Below, one piece after another: positions 1 through 13,000 of a stretch of DNA of 64,000 bases. The notes beneath the pieces are model-generated. The model saw nothing but the letters and a program-made list of their open reading frames with translations, made no database searches and was not told where the DNA came from. Source of the DNA: Octopus sinensis (lineage: Eukaryota); assembly GCF_006345805.1 (NCBI RefSeq), contig NC_043024.1, positions 9,672,001 to 9,736,000 of the forward strand, given 5' to 3'. Made by a program: the position numbers and the translations under genes. Each line of letters opens with the position of its first letter. Position 1 is the stretch's first letter.

Positions 1-1851
1 CTACTGCCAGCCTCGCCTGGCATCTGTGCCGGTGGCACGTAAAAAGCACCCACTATACTCACGGAGTGGTTGGCGTTAGGAAGGGCATCCAGCCGTAGAA
101 ACATTGCCAGATCAGACTGGGCCTGGTGCAGCCTTCTGGCTTCCCAGACCCCAGTTGAACCGTCCAACCCATGCTAGCATGGAAAGTGGACGTTAAACGA
201 TGATGATGATGGGGGCCTGTGCTGAGCATTCTCACAGAGAGGGGTCTCATTTAGGGATTGTTGTGGCAGTATAGTTATTTACCATTGCAAGGACAAAGGG
301 GACATGTAAAAAGAATTAGTTACAGAGGCACCAGGCTGATGATGTAACAGAAAGAGTTAAAATGCAACTGATCCTTGTGCGAGGACAGGGTAACCCTGAT
401 GCCCCCGTCACCATTCCTAGTAAAGTGTTCTTAGCTTTGGAACAATCCCTGTGATTAGCCTTCTGTGACTGGTGAAAGTCTTTGACGAGGTTTCAGTGAA
501 TGGGTTGTAGGAGGGATGCAATCTGTGTACAGATGTTGTCAGCTTGGTGAGAGTTGACAGATTCAGCAAAGGAATTAGTATGCAAGTTGGTGACAGTCAA
601 TAAAACAGAAATAAAATTTAGAAGTCTCCGTGCCGGTGGCACATAAAAATCACCATCCGATCATGGCCATTTGCCAGCCTCGTCTGACCTCCATCCGATC
701 GTGACCATTGCCAGCCTCGTCTGGCACGTAAAAAGCACCGACTACACTCACGGAGTGGTTGGCGTTAGGAAGGGCATCCAGCCGTAGAAACATTGCCAGA
801 TCAGACTGGGCTTGGTGTAGCCTCCTGGCTTCCCAGACCCCAGTTGCACTGTCCAACCCATGCTAGCATGGAAAGCGGACACTAAACGATGATGATCTTC
901 CTGTGTGGCCCACTGGTTGGGGAACCCTGGCTAACTTATTTTGTAAGCCCAGTACTTATTCTATCGGTCTCTTTTGCCGAACCGCCAAGTAATGGAGACA
1001 TAAACACACCAGCATCAGTTATCAAGCAATGCTAGTGGGACAAACACAGACACACAAACATACACACACACATGCATATATATATATATATATACATATA
1101 TATACGACGGGCTTCTTTCAGTTTCCGTCTACCAAATCCACTCACAAGGCTTTGGTTGGCCCAAGGCTGTAGTAGAAGATACTTATCCAAGGTGCCACGC
1201 AGTGGGACTGAACCCGGAACCATGTGGTTGGTAAACAAGCTACTTACCACACTGCTCATTATTGTTGATATTCTTTTCTATTCTAGGCACAAGGCCCGAA
1301 ATTTTGGGGGAGGGGAGCAGTCGATTAGATCAACCTCAACATATATATACCCTCGACAACTGTTGGTTTGTTTACATCCCCATAACTTAGTTCTTCAGTA
1401 AATGGACACTAACAGAATAGGTACCAAGGTAAAGGGAGAGAGAGAGAGCGATAATTAAGTACAGGGGTCAATCTGTTTGATGGAAGCCCTTTCAAGGTAT
1501 GTCCATCCCAGCATGGCTGCTGTCCAATGATTGAAACAAGTGAAAGACACAAAAAATATTATATCAATCCATCTGCTATGTCCACCTTCTACCTGGCTGG
1601 CAAACGACTCCCAAACAATCTCAGATTTCGTGTATGACTAATAGGAAATCTCCTAGTCGTCCTGTGTGTTAAAGATCTTTATTCTCTGCCCACTCAGTCT
1701 CAAAATAAACATGACCCAATCTAGCAGAGAAATTTTCCAATTTCCATTCTTTCCTTCTTCCTCGACCTGGTTCTCAACAGGGGTCCGCATAAGATCTTGT
1801 TATTAAAATCCGTGTCAAATAACCAGGTTATACTTATACAATACACAAAAT

Positions 1852-2272
1852 ATGGATTTTTTCGGTTTGAACGGCAGTTTTTAACATAATTTCCACGTAA
1901 CTAAACACTTTTAAACTTCGTATACTGGTAGAATGTGTTTATAAAACATCTTTTTCTCTTGGCTTTATTGAGAAGATTCTATGGTTTGTAAGATATTTGT
2001 TGTTGTTTTTTTCCTTCAATTTCTGCAATTTCAACCAATCAATGACGTCCATTGAGGTATAAAAAAAACATTCTGTGCCGTATGAATATGTCCCTCGTTT
2101 AAGAAACAGATTGGGTTTATTTAGATTTGTGAAGAAAAAAAGATACCCTTTCCCCCACCCCTAACCGTAAAACAGACTGAAATGCAATAGATCGATTCTA
2201 GGGTCATAATTATGGGTGACAATTTCATAAGACACTGCTAGAAAAAACTACCGTTCAAACCGAAAAGATCCA
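1852..2272. mobile_element. MITE copy 1 (~420 bp; TIR TGGATCTTTTCGGTTTGAACGGCAGTT)
   Basis: About 26-bp TIRs, flanked on both sides by aaaata. The internal sequence matches the copy at 8.3-8.7 kb. Confidence 0.8.
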
Positions 2273-2367
2273 AAAATATTTTTCACAATTCTTTATAGAA
2301 TTCCTAATCGTATCTAACAATCGTCGAATGGCTATGTGAGTCAATCTAAATAAAACAGGAATCACCA

Positions 2368-2762
2368 AGAGTGGCTGTGTGGTAAGTAGCTTGCTAACCA
2401 ACCACATGGTTCCGGGTTCAGTCCCACTGCGTGGCATCTTGGGCAAGTGTCTTCTGCTATAACCTCAGGCCAACCAAAGCCTTGTGAGTGGATTTGGTAG
2501 ACGGAAACTGAAAGAAGCCCGTCGTATATATGTATATATATGTAAGTGTGTGTGTATATGTTTGTCCCCCTAGCATTGCTTGACAACCGATGCTGGTGTG
2601 TTTACGTCGTCCCCGTTACTTAGCGGTTCGGCAAAAAGAGACCGATAGAATAAGTACTGGGCTTACAAAAGAATAAGTCCCCGGGTCGATTTGCTCGACT
2701 AAAGGCGGTGCTCCAGCATGACCGCAGTCAAATAACTGAAACAAGTAAAAGAGTAAAGAGAG
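2368..2762 (+). mobile_element. tRNA-headed CORE-like SINE family A (representative copy)
   Basis: A box TGGCTGTGTGG, B box GGTTCAGTCCC, CTTGGGCAAGTG core, internal (TA/TG)n and a GTAAAAGA tail. Other copies at about 940-1255(-), 9050-9430(+), 10641-10800(+), 16050-16460(+), 16500-16895(-), 18520-18880(+), 27690-28145(-), 28740-29148(-), 29760-30170(+), 34390-34770(+), 36660-37070(-), 45365-45785(+), 47755-48150(-) and 61822-62205(+). Confidence 0.85.
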
Positions 2763-4205
2763 TCTATAGGCAAAAAGGGCCGAAAAACCACTGCTTCAGA
2801 CCGTCTTCTGGTTTTGCTTCAGGCTTGCTTAGCTCTTAATCCTCATGTCACATCGAGGACAGTGTTTCTATGTATACCTATTTCTCAGAAAAGAGGAAGT
2901 CTGCCTTGTGTATTTAGCCCAGTTTGTAGGTAATCAGGTGAGTAACCAGTTTCCTGAAGTGAGTTCGGCAAAGAATTTGCATCACATAACGCCAAGACCC
3001 TTCATCCGTCTTTATTCTTTGTCCCTTTTCACATTTTCACCAGCGTTGTATACACATTTATATACATAATATATATTTCTTTACTGCCCACAAGGGGCTA
3101 AACATAGAGGGGACAAACAAGGACAAACAGACAACGGGATTAAGTCGATTACATCGACCCCAGAGCGAAATTGGTGCTTTATTTATCGACCCCGAAAGGA
3201 TGAAAGGCAAAGTCGAGGTCGAGTTTGCCTTTCATCCTTTCGGGGTCGATAAATTAAGTACCAGTTGCGTACTAGGATCGATCTAATCGACTGGCCCCCG
3301 CTCCCAAAAAATTTCGGGCCTTCTGCCTAGAGCAGGAAAGAATATATATAATCGTAAAATGTGGCACAAGAGGGGTCAATGAAGGGCCATTCGGCTAACA
3401 GGTGAAAACACAAAGGATGTACCCTACCACACGTAGATTAGATAGAAGATAGATAGATAGATAGAGAGAGAGAGATAGATAGATAGATCGACAGATGGAT
3501 AGATAGATAAATAGATAGAAAGATAGCTAAAAAAGGAAGGGGTCTATTATGTACTTTTCATATGCCAACATGCAGGTGTATATAGCTACCAATGTGTATA
3601 TAAACACACCATATTTTCTGATACACAAAGCACGAAATTTAATGCAGAACTACAGGTCAACATAATGAAGGGAATTGCATGTATACACATATTATACACG
3701 CACATACATATATGTATATAAAATATATACACCTATGTATAAGCCCCCCCTCCCCACATCACCATATATTATATACACACACATATATATATAAATTCTT
3801 CTATTTACATAATATCGAGGTCTCTTTCATTCTTTTGTTGTCTTACCATTTTTATCAATATACATATAATATATATATATATACAGTAAACACACATCTA
3901 TATACACACTCACCTGTGGTGTGTATATATCAACTCTGTATACATCGACATCGTGGTGTTCCAATTTATGACCCCCCACATGACCAAAAGAGGCTTTTAT
4001 TGCCAAGAATAGCAGAATGGTTCTTCAGTCTTTGTAGACTGAAGCAAATTTAGGTTACATGGACTATACAAGACTATATATATATATAAATATATAGGGC
4101 AGCGCGCGTATGACCTGGATCAAAGGATCGAATTTCACTGGTGCCAGTTCTTGGGAAATGGCGCGGTTAGTCAAAGAAGCCTTATTCTAAAGATATAAAA
4201 ATTGA

Positions 4206-4438
4206 GGCGATCTTTCGGTACTTGAAACGAAGGATGGCCAAAATTAAATATATTTGTAGATGCAACACATGAGATTATAACATCTGTATATTATATCGAT
4301 TGTACATTGCTCATGGACTAATTTACATGTTTAATTAAGCTCCGATCCTATTGTGACATTAACCTTCGTGCGTGTGTATATAAGGTTTGGCATTGCATAT
4401 TTGTATATACAGCAATAATGTTAAATACATACACACAC

Positions 4439-4493
<55 letters not shown>

Positions 4494-5105
4494 TATGTAT
4501 GTATATGACACATCCATATGTATGCAATCACAAATATACACGCACTTTGGTGTTTGATATACCTGTAGGAGTTATATGGGGGTGTTTAAACCAGAATTCT
4601 GCCTATATATATGTGTATATATACATACATGTATACATATATATATATATATATAGCGTATATATATATATATATACATACATATATATGGCGTATATAA
4701 ATATATATACGTATCACACACATATGCATCCATAATTTTACAATCATACGCACTTAGATACACATATCCATGAACGAATGTATATATATATATACATATA
4801 CACACATTATAATGTATATATATACACACATTATAATGTATATATATATACACACATTATAATGTATATATATATACACACATTATAATGTATATATATA
4901 TACACACATTATAATGTATATATATATATACACACATTATAATGTATATATATATATATATAGATATACACACATTATAATGTATATATATATATATATG
5001 TATATACATACATGTATATATATATATATACATATATATGTCTATATATACGTGTGTATATATGTATATAATATATACATATATATATTATATCGAAAGA
5101 TCGCC
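4206..5105. mobile_element. Possible MITE with GGCGATCTTTCG termini, interior overrun by (TA)n and a ~27-bp minisatellite
   Basis: ggcgatctttcggta at 4206 and tatcgaaagatcgcc at 5091-5105. The unit tacacacattataatgtatatatata is repeated about 6 times at 4800-4985. Confidence 0.4.
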
Positions 5106-5240
5106 ATACATATACACATATATACCCATAAATATTTCTTTTAATTGTTTCAGTCATAGAACTGCGACCAAGCTGGAGCACCGCCTTGAAGGGTTTAGCA
5201 GAACGAATCTACCCCAGTTCTTATATACATACATATATAT

Positions 5241-5277
<37 letters not shown>

Positions 5278-5879
5278 GTGCTCCAGCATGGCCGAGTGAT
5301 TGGCCTGAAGCATATAAAAGAATACAAGAATAATATACAGGGCGATCTTTCGGTATACGCATGCATGAATATATATATATATAATGCATTATATTATCTG
5401 TAGCATTTATATTGAGGGTTCGATCTCTAGGGATCGACTTTGGTTCATTCTTCCTCGTGGGGTCCATAAAATACTAAACCCATAATAAAATATTAATAAT
5501 AGATGCAACTTAATCCGTAAATGCTGGAATGGTAATCGCAGACTTAAGATTTAAGTTTGAATGGGGGAAGAAAATACAAAAAAAATTAAGAACAGGTAAG
5601 AAAGAGAGAGAAAGAGATTTCTTAATTAAGAAAGACAGGTGCGCGAAAGAAAGAGGTAATTAAACTCACCTTTTTCGTTGTTTGTGGAGGAATTGGCGGA
5701 TTAAGAGATGATCTAGGATGTCTCCTGAAGACTTCTGGTGGATAAGGTGAAGAAATATAATCGACGATGTGGACAGAACCGAAGAATTTTGGAAGGAACG
5801 ACTCGATGCCACAACGACATTAATAGATACAAAACAGCCACACTCACTCTCACTCTCTCTCTTCCTCCGCGCCTCTTTC

Positions 5880-6330
5880 TGTGTCTATCTAATGTAATAT
5901 TCGCTCCCTCCGTCACTGAGTCTCTATGTTTCGCTCTCCCTCCTACCCTCTCGATATATCTCTATGCGTCTCTCTCTATCTGTTCCTGTGTCTATTTAAT
6001 CTAATATTCACTCCCTCTCTCACTGAGTCTCTATATTTCGCTCTTTCTCCTACTCTCTCAATATATCTCTTTGCGTCTCTCTCTAATGTTCACTCACTCC
6101 CTCACCGAGTCTCTATATTTCGCTCTCCCTCCTACTCTCTCAGTCTATCTCTTTGCGTCTCTCTATCTGTTCATGTGTCTATTTAATCTAATATTTACTC
6201 ACTCCCTCACTGAGTCTCTATATTTCGCTCTCACTCCTACTCTCTCAATCTATCTCTTTACGTTTCTCTGTATCTGTTCCTGTATCTATTTAATCTAATA
6301 TTCTTTCACTCTCTCACTGATTCTTTATAT
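5880..6330. repeat. Degenerate ~105-bp pyrimidine-rich tandem repeat (~4 units)
   Basis: tctatttaatctaatatt...cactgagtctctatatttcgctct recurs at about 5885, 5992, 6177 and 6283. Confidence 0.65.
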
Positions 6331-6669
6331 TTCTCTTTCTCACTCTCTGTCGCTCTCTTTTATAGGAGTAGTAGGTTGAGTAAATAATATAAAGGCAAGG
6401 AGTAAGGGAGAGAGAGAACGTGTATAAACTAAACGGAGTGAGTAAACTGTATAATAGACGAAAGATAAATAGTATGAGGGAGCGAGTGAGAGACGGAGAG
6501 AGTGAGAAAGAAAGTAAGAGCGTGTCTATATAGAGAGTGAGTAAACAATAGAATAGATACAAGATAAAGAGCAAGAGAGAAGGATGAAAGGGATAGTATA
6601 TGTATAATAAAGGGAGGGAGAAAGAGAAACGAGAGAGAGAAAAGAGTGTGAAAGTGAGGAAGGGGAGGA

Positions 6670-6870
6670 AGGCAGCCGATCACCAGATTTTTCACGTCGT
6701 GCCACAAAAGCCACGGCTGAAGGACTCAGCCGACAAGTTTCAGCCAATCAGAGAGCTTCGCTGGAAGACGATGTCACGCCACCCCACCCGCACTCGTACG
6801 TTACAAGGGCGGAGAGGTCAGAGTTGAAAGTTGAAGCAAAAAACAACCCAGAGGTTACGGTGTCACCGTG
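6670..6870. promoter_or_regulatory. CpG-rich promoter-like island with CCAAT and GC boxes
   Basis: AGCCAATCAG (NF-Y consensus) at 6742-6751 and GGGCGG at 6807-6812, in unique CpG-rich sequence surrounded by AT/microsatellite DNA. Confidence 0.45.
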
Positions 6871-7187
6871 TTACTCATAATTAAATAAATAAATTAATTA
6901 ATAAATAAATATTCGTTTATTGCTTTTTAAAAATTAATTCGATGCTGGAGAAATATGTCGATCGAAAAAGATCCAAAGTGAAAATAGAACTTTTAAAGGC
7001 GACGCGAAGCATTATATATACATGCGTATATATATATATATACGCATACACATGCAAATATATATATATATATATATATACACATACGCATATACATATA
7101 TCTACATATATATATACATACATACATTTATACGTATATACGTACATCTTACCTGTTGGTGAAGGCGACTATATATCAACGCATGCA

Positions 7188-7228
<41 letters not shown>

Positions 7229-7489
7229 CGGCTTTATTTTATTTTATTATATATATATATTTTAGATTCCCGAATTTATTTTGTAATATACTTTATTTTT
7301 GCCCCTCCCCACCCCTTCCATCACTCCCGCCAAATTAATGCCAATCTTTTTACCTTTATTTTTCGTTGAAAAGTAAGAAAACGAAATAAAAAAAATTTTA
7401 ATTAAAATACTTTATTATTTCTATTTGATTTCTTTCAAAATATTTGTTTAATAAATTCTTAAATATATAAATAAATAAATAGATGCTAA

Positions 7490-7602
7490 AAGCGGAAGTA
7501 GTGATAAGGAGAAAAAAAGACGAAAATCTGAGACGAACACCCGGTTTGGGACATTAACCTCCGGTTTCCGCACCGTATGTCAACTTCCGGTTACCTTTCA
7601 AC
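7490..7602 (+). promoter_or_regulatory. Probable CCDC93 proximal promoter / 5'UTR with ETS-type motifs
   Basis: GCGGAAGT at 7492-7499 and ACTTCCGG (reverse CCGGAAGT) at 7583-7590, in a CpG-containing patch just upstream of the ATG. Typical of TATA-less housekeeping promoters (inference). Confidence 0.5.
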
Positions 7603-7686
7603 ATGGCATCGACTATGTTCTCTCCTCGTCTCATTGCTGGTTCGAAGCTTCGAGTGCAGTACGATGCGGACGGAAAAGCCATTGAG
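7603..7686 (+). CDS. CCDC93: CCDC93 coding exon 1 ([28 protein letters not shown])
   Basis: ATG at 7603, 84 nt (28 codons), donor GAG|gtaagg. Phase 0 joins in frame to VETREDEEQ of exon 2 and lies just downstream of ETS-type motifs. Confidence 0.85.
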
Positions 7687-7834
7687 GTAAGGTTTACAAT
7701 AGAGTAATGACAAACCCTTCGAAAAGGTGGATTTCCCGTACAGGTTGATGAGTAAGGATAGGAAATATCGTGACAAAACCACCGACTCATTGGTGGGTGT
7801 GTACCTAGCACACACACCACATACTCCCATTTTA

Positions 7835-7879
<45 letters not shown>

Positions 7880-8184
7880 ATGGGTATATATGTATGTGTA
7901 TATATGTATATATATATGTATGTGTATATATGTATATATATATGTATGTGTATATATGTATATATATATATGTATGTGTATATATGTATATATATATATG
8001 TATTTTGTATATGTATATATATATGTATATATATATATGGTATATATAGTAATATATATATATGTATGGGTATATATATGTATGGGTATATATATGTATA
8101 TATGTATGGTATATATGTATATATATATGTGTATATATATGTATGGGTATATATATGTATATATGTGTATATATATGTATGTGT

Positions 8185-8216
<32 letters not shown>

Positions 8217-8217
8217 G

Positions 8218-8250
<33 letters not shown>

Positions 8251-8302
8251 GTAACAGTTGTAGCGTGAACGATACATTCTAGGCATTCAAACATACAAAT
8301 CT

Positions 8303-8717
8303 GGGATCTTTTCGGTTTGAACGGCAGTTTTTAAAATAATTTCTAGGTAACTAAAAAATTTTAAATTTCGTATACTGGTAGAATGTGTTTATAAAACATC
8401 TTTTTCTTTTGGCTTTATTGAGAGAATTTTATAGTTTGAAGGATATTTGTTTTTTCTTCAATTTCTGCAATTTCAACCAATCAATGACGTCTATTGAGGT
8501 AAAAAAAAAAGCATTCTGTGCCGTATGAATATGTCCCTCGTTTAAGAAACAGATTGGGTTTATTTACATTTGTGAAGAAAAAATAAGATACCCTTCCCCC
8601 ACCCCTAACCCTAAAATAGATTGAAATGCAATAGATCGATACTAGGGTCATAATTATGGGTGACAATTTCATATGACACCGCTAGAAATTAACTGCCGTT
8701 CAAACCGAAAAGATCCA
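8303..8717. mobile_element. MITE copy 2 (same family as 1852-2272)
   Basis: ggatcttttcggtttgaacggcagtt ... aactgccgttcaaaccgaaaagatcc, with internal sequence collinear with copy 1. Confidence 0.8.
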
Positions 8718-10533
8718 AATCTTTTAACTTTATTTGAACATTTATCGTTTGGTATAAACATTTGCGTCGCACCAACTACGACCTGGTCACGGTTCCACTA
8801 CGATAGTCACGGTTCCACTGCAGCGAGTTGACGTGACGACAATTTTGAGACCACATAATAACTGATTGATTGAAGTTTAAAATGCTTCCTGTTATTTCTA
8901 AGGTCGACTTTACCTTTCATCCTTTCGGGGTCGATAAATGAAGTACCAGTTACGCACTGGGGTCGATATAATCGACTTAATCCCTTTCTCTGTCCTTGTT
9001 TGTCTCCTCTATGTTTAGCCTCTTGTGGGTAATAAAGAAATGTATAGGCGCAGGAGTGGCTGTGTGGTAAGTAGCTTGCTTACCAACCACATGGTTGCGG
9101 GTTCAGTCCCTCTGCGTGGCATCTTGGGCAAGTGTCTTCTACTATAGCCCCGGGCCGACCAATGCCTTGTGAGTGGATTTGGTAGACGGAAACTGAAAGA
9201 AGCCCGTCGTATATATGTATATATATATGTATGTGTGTTTGTCCCCCTAGCATTGCTTGACAACCGATGCTGGTGTGTTTACGTCCCCGTCACTTAGCGG
9301 TTCGGCAAAAAGAGACCGATAGAATAAGTACTGGGCTTACAAAAGAATAAGTCCCGGGGTCGATTTGCTCGACTAAAAGGCAGTGCTCCAGCATGGCCGC
9401 AGTCAAATGACTGAAACAAGTAAAAGAGTAAACGAGAGAGTGTGTTAATATGTCTTTCATTGTTGCAATTGTTTTCGTTTTAACACGAGGCCTCACCTTA
9501 AATCACGTGCTAGATAAGGACATCATCGAAAGATATGTATGGTGATTAAAGAACTGGCATGTTTTAAATTCTTATATCGCTTAAAATGATAAAGAGGGAT
9601 GGGTTTTCGTAATTTAAGGAAGTGAAAGGTGAACTCCTCTATCTATCCGGTCAGGCCACTTGTCCGGACCAATACAACTCTTCTGTGTCAGATGTTCTGA
9701 TCTTTAGCAGGAGACTCATATCCTTAACCTGACATGAGATGTTTTGCACTAGTTGATCGATATAAGCATTTCATGGTCTGCTGATACCTGTAGGTCCATG
9801 CCTGGATTTCCAGAGAAGATCTCGGAACTCATAATGGCCAATATGGAGCTGTCTTCATACATACACGATATATATATATGTTCAATATGTGACCGCGTGT
9901 GTATTGTTGGCGATTTTTTTTTTTTCCTCCGTCTTCCCTTCTCTGGATCTTTCCTTTTCCTATTTTTCTAACGAAGAGTTCCGCTCGAAACGTTAAATCC
10001 TCCTTCTTTCTTTCCTTTCCTAAGCGTCCAATAACACTATACTTGTTCCACGTCCTCGCGTTGTTGTGTTTTCTCTTTGTGTTTTCATGTTTGGATTAAC
10101 TATGTATATATATGGCACATAAAAAGCACCATTTGAGCGTGGCCATTACCAGTACCACCTGCCTGGCCCTCGTGCCGGTGGCACATAAAAGCACCCACTA
10201 CACTCTCAGAGTGGTTGGAGTTAGGAAGGGCATCCAGCTGTAGAAACTCTGCCAAATCAAGATTGGAGTCTGGTGCAGCCATCCGGTTCACTAGGCCTCA
10301 TTCAAATCATCCAACCTATGCTAGTATGGAAAGTGGACGTTAAAAGATGGTGATATAGGGAAGGTGCATGGCTCAGCGGTTAGAGCAGTGGTATGCATGG
10401 GCGACTGCTGGTCTTCCACATAAACAACCCTAGGTTGTGCGTTCGCCGGTGAGGCAACTTTCCACCCAGACTTGTACCCCGGAGAGGAACATCGTAGGTG
10501 CACCCATGGCCATTCGTGACCGACGGAGTCGAG

Positions 10534-10571
<38 letters not shown>

Positions 10572-10818
10572 TGTTCATTCATTTTAAAATCCGTTTCTCC
10601 TCCCTGTTGTCAGGGGTTGGACGAATATATATATATATAGGCGTAGGAGTGGCTGTGTGGTAAGTAGCTTGTTTACCAACCACATGGTTTCGGGTTCAGT
10701 CCCACTGCGTGGCATCTTGGGCAAGTGTCTTCTACTATAGCCTCGGGCCGACCAAAGCCTTGTGAGTGGATTTGGTAGACGGAAACTGAAAGAAGGTCGT
10801 TGTATATATATATATATA

Positions 10819-11196
10819 TCTCTCTATATATAAACGGCAGTTTGTCTGTGCGTGTTTCTGTGTGTCTGTTTTCTTGTACCCTCACCCTGACCACGGCTTT
10901 CAACTGATTCTGATGAAACTTGACACACACATAGCCCAATGTCATAATTCAAAACTAACGCAGCGAAAATTTTGAAAAGTTCCCCCAGTTCTGAAAAAGA
11001 TCGGTAAATTCGACATGGGGTCGACAATCAGAAACACAAACCACAGGGGACGCAACTCGACCTTTTTAACTATCAAAAAAAAATTTACCATCATTTTTTT
11101 TCCCATTTTTTTTGCTATTTTTTGGCTATAACTCTCTAAAAATGCTTTATAGTTATTTCCCTTACAAACCCGAGCAACGCCGGGCGATACTGCTAG
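10819..11196 (+). mobile_element. Non-autonomous Helitron
   Basis: 5' TC start (a|tctctctatatataaacggcagtttgtctg), 3' hairpin cccgagcaacgccggg followed by CTAG, inserted between A and T with no TSD. Confidence 0.75.
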
Positions 11197-11505
11197 TATA
11201 TATATATATGCGTGTGTGTATATGTTTGTGTGACTGTGTTTGTCCCCCCAACATCGCTTGACAACCGATGCTGGTGTGTTTATGTCCCTGTCACTTAGCG
11301 GTTCAGCAAAAGATACTGATAGAATAAGTACTAGGCTTCCAAAAAATAAGTCCTTGGGTCAATTTGCTCGACTAAAGGTGGTGCTCCAGCATGGCCGCAG
11401 TCAAATGCCTGAAACAAGTAAAAGAAGAAAGATATATATATATATTTGTATTCATTCATTTTAAATCTGTTTCACACCTGTTGTCAGGGGTTGGACGAAT
11501 ATATA

Positions 11506-11556
<51 letters not shown>

Positions 11557-12099
11557 TGGTGTGTATAGTGATGGCATTGTTATACAGCTAGTTGCTCTTC
11601 CTGTTGCTAACCCTTACCTATTTTCATGCTGCTCACCTTCCAGTCTTTGAAAGCACAGAACTGGCAAACAGTTTATTGATAACAGAATATCAACATATAT
11701 ATATATCATATATCTGTAACTCAGTGGTTTTTCATGCAAAGCACCATGTAAACATTCACACACATACATACATATTAATTATTCAAAGTGTACAGTGTTA
11801 TATATCCATTACAGCCAATCTTACCAATCGGTTTCACACTAAGAATTTAATGGAGTGTTAGGTAACAGTCTGATTATGTAACCTTTGCACTCATCAGATG
11901 CCCTTCCTAATGCCAACCACTCCGAGAGTGTAGTGGGTGCTTTTATGTGCCACTGGCACGAGGGACAGTCAGGCGGTTCTGGCAACAGCCACGCTCGAAA
12001 TGGTGCTTTTTATGTGAAACCTGCACAGGAGCCAGTCCCTTTGAGCCCGTAACACCGCTTTACTGGTTGATGGCTTATTTTTCTCTATACCATAATCAA

Positions 12100-12430
12100 C
12101 TAGATTCAGCTCCATACCAAACCTCTGGAAAGAGTCAGAAGGGGTTGGTTGTCGGAGAATTTCTATGCTCTCACCAGCCCCAATTTTGGGCCTCCTAATT
12201 CTCCAGATTATAATCCCATGGATTGCTGTGTGGGGGGCACAATTGAGAAATTCTACAATATCAAGGCTAAGCTGGTGACCAAGATGGAGGTATTTGAAGA
12301 TCATCCCAGAGAGACAGCTTTACTCAAAGTAGCCACCCTCAGCTTCCTTCACAGACTCATGACAACTCCAGAACCATGCAAGATCTTCAAACACCTCCTT
12401 CATCTTGGCCACGTGCTTGGCCTTGGTGTT
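12100..12430 (+). mobile_element. Second fragment of the same maT-like transposase, inverted relative to the 13.0-kb fragment
   Basis: NFGPPNSPDYNPMDCCVGGTIEK. DNA at 12121-12250 is visibly similar to the reverse complement of 13020-13150. Confidence 0.65.
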
Positions 12431-12433
12431 GTA

Positions 12434-13000
12434 TTGCGTTGTCCGGAAAGTTCATGCCGATTTACAGTAGCTTACCTTTCGACCTATTTTAGAACATGGT
12501 TGAGTCCATAAAATAGGATTTTACTACACCTCCATTTAGAGCACAGTTTAAGCTATTTTTTCCTGGAAGAAGGTTTAATGTTCCTATAACCTGTGTTAAT
12601 TCTGTAACCCTTTAAAATGGAAAGTAAGAAAGTTCATTTTCGGCACTTGATGCTTTGGGAACCAGACAAAAATTGCTGCAGCTCGGCTGGGATTCGTTAC
12701 CCCACCCTCCATATTCACCAGATATTGCTCCTTCGGATTTCCACTTATTCAGGTCTCTGCAGAATAGTCTTAATGATAAAAATTTCAATTCCTTGGATGA
12801 CGTAAAAAGATACTTTGATGAATTCTTTGCCATGAAACCACTTCAATTCTGGGAAGAGGGTATTTTTAAGTTAAAGGAAAGATGGAGACGCATTGTGCAA
12901 CAAAATGGTTCATATTTGGTTGATTAAAAATGTAATGGCAAGTATTTATTGACCTTTTTCTTTCCTTTAAAAATCGGGACGAACTTTCCGGACAACCCAA
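12434..13000 (+). mobile_element. Internally deleted mariner (Tc1/mariner) element, 567 bp
   Basis: About 30-bp TIRs (ttgcgttgtccggaaagttcatgccgattt / aaatcgggacgaactttccggacaacccaa) with TA on both sides. N-terminal MESKKVHFRHLMLW is fused out of frame to a C-terminal mariner segment HPPYSPDIAPSDFHLFRSLQ...GIFKLKERWRRIVQQNGSYLVD. Confidence 0.93.

Noticed and set aside
1590-1800. Unique-looking segment with a ~45-codon minus-strand ORF (MRTPVENQVEEEG...)
   Set aside because: Short, no recognisable homology and no convincing splice context.
5670-5830. Idea that the divergent exon is INSIG (the neighbour of vertebrate CCDC93)
   Set aside because: None of the three minus-strand frames resembles INSIG as I recall it, and synteny across this evolutionary distance cannot be assumed.
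7554-8294. Long ORFs of Y/I/T/H/C/V repeats (also 4.4-5.4, 17.5-18.0, 22.0-23.6, 26.4-27.9, 36.9-38.1 and 62.7-63.0 kb)
   Set aside because: Translations of (TA)n, (CA)n, (TC)n and (ACC)n microsatellites; no coding signal.
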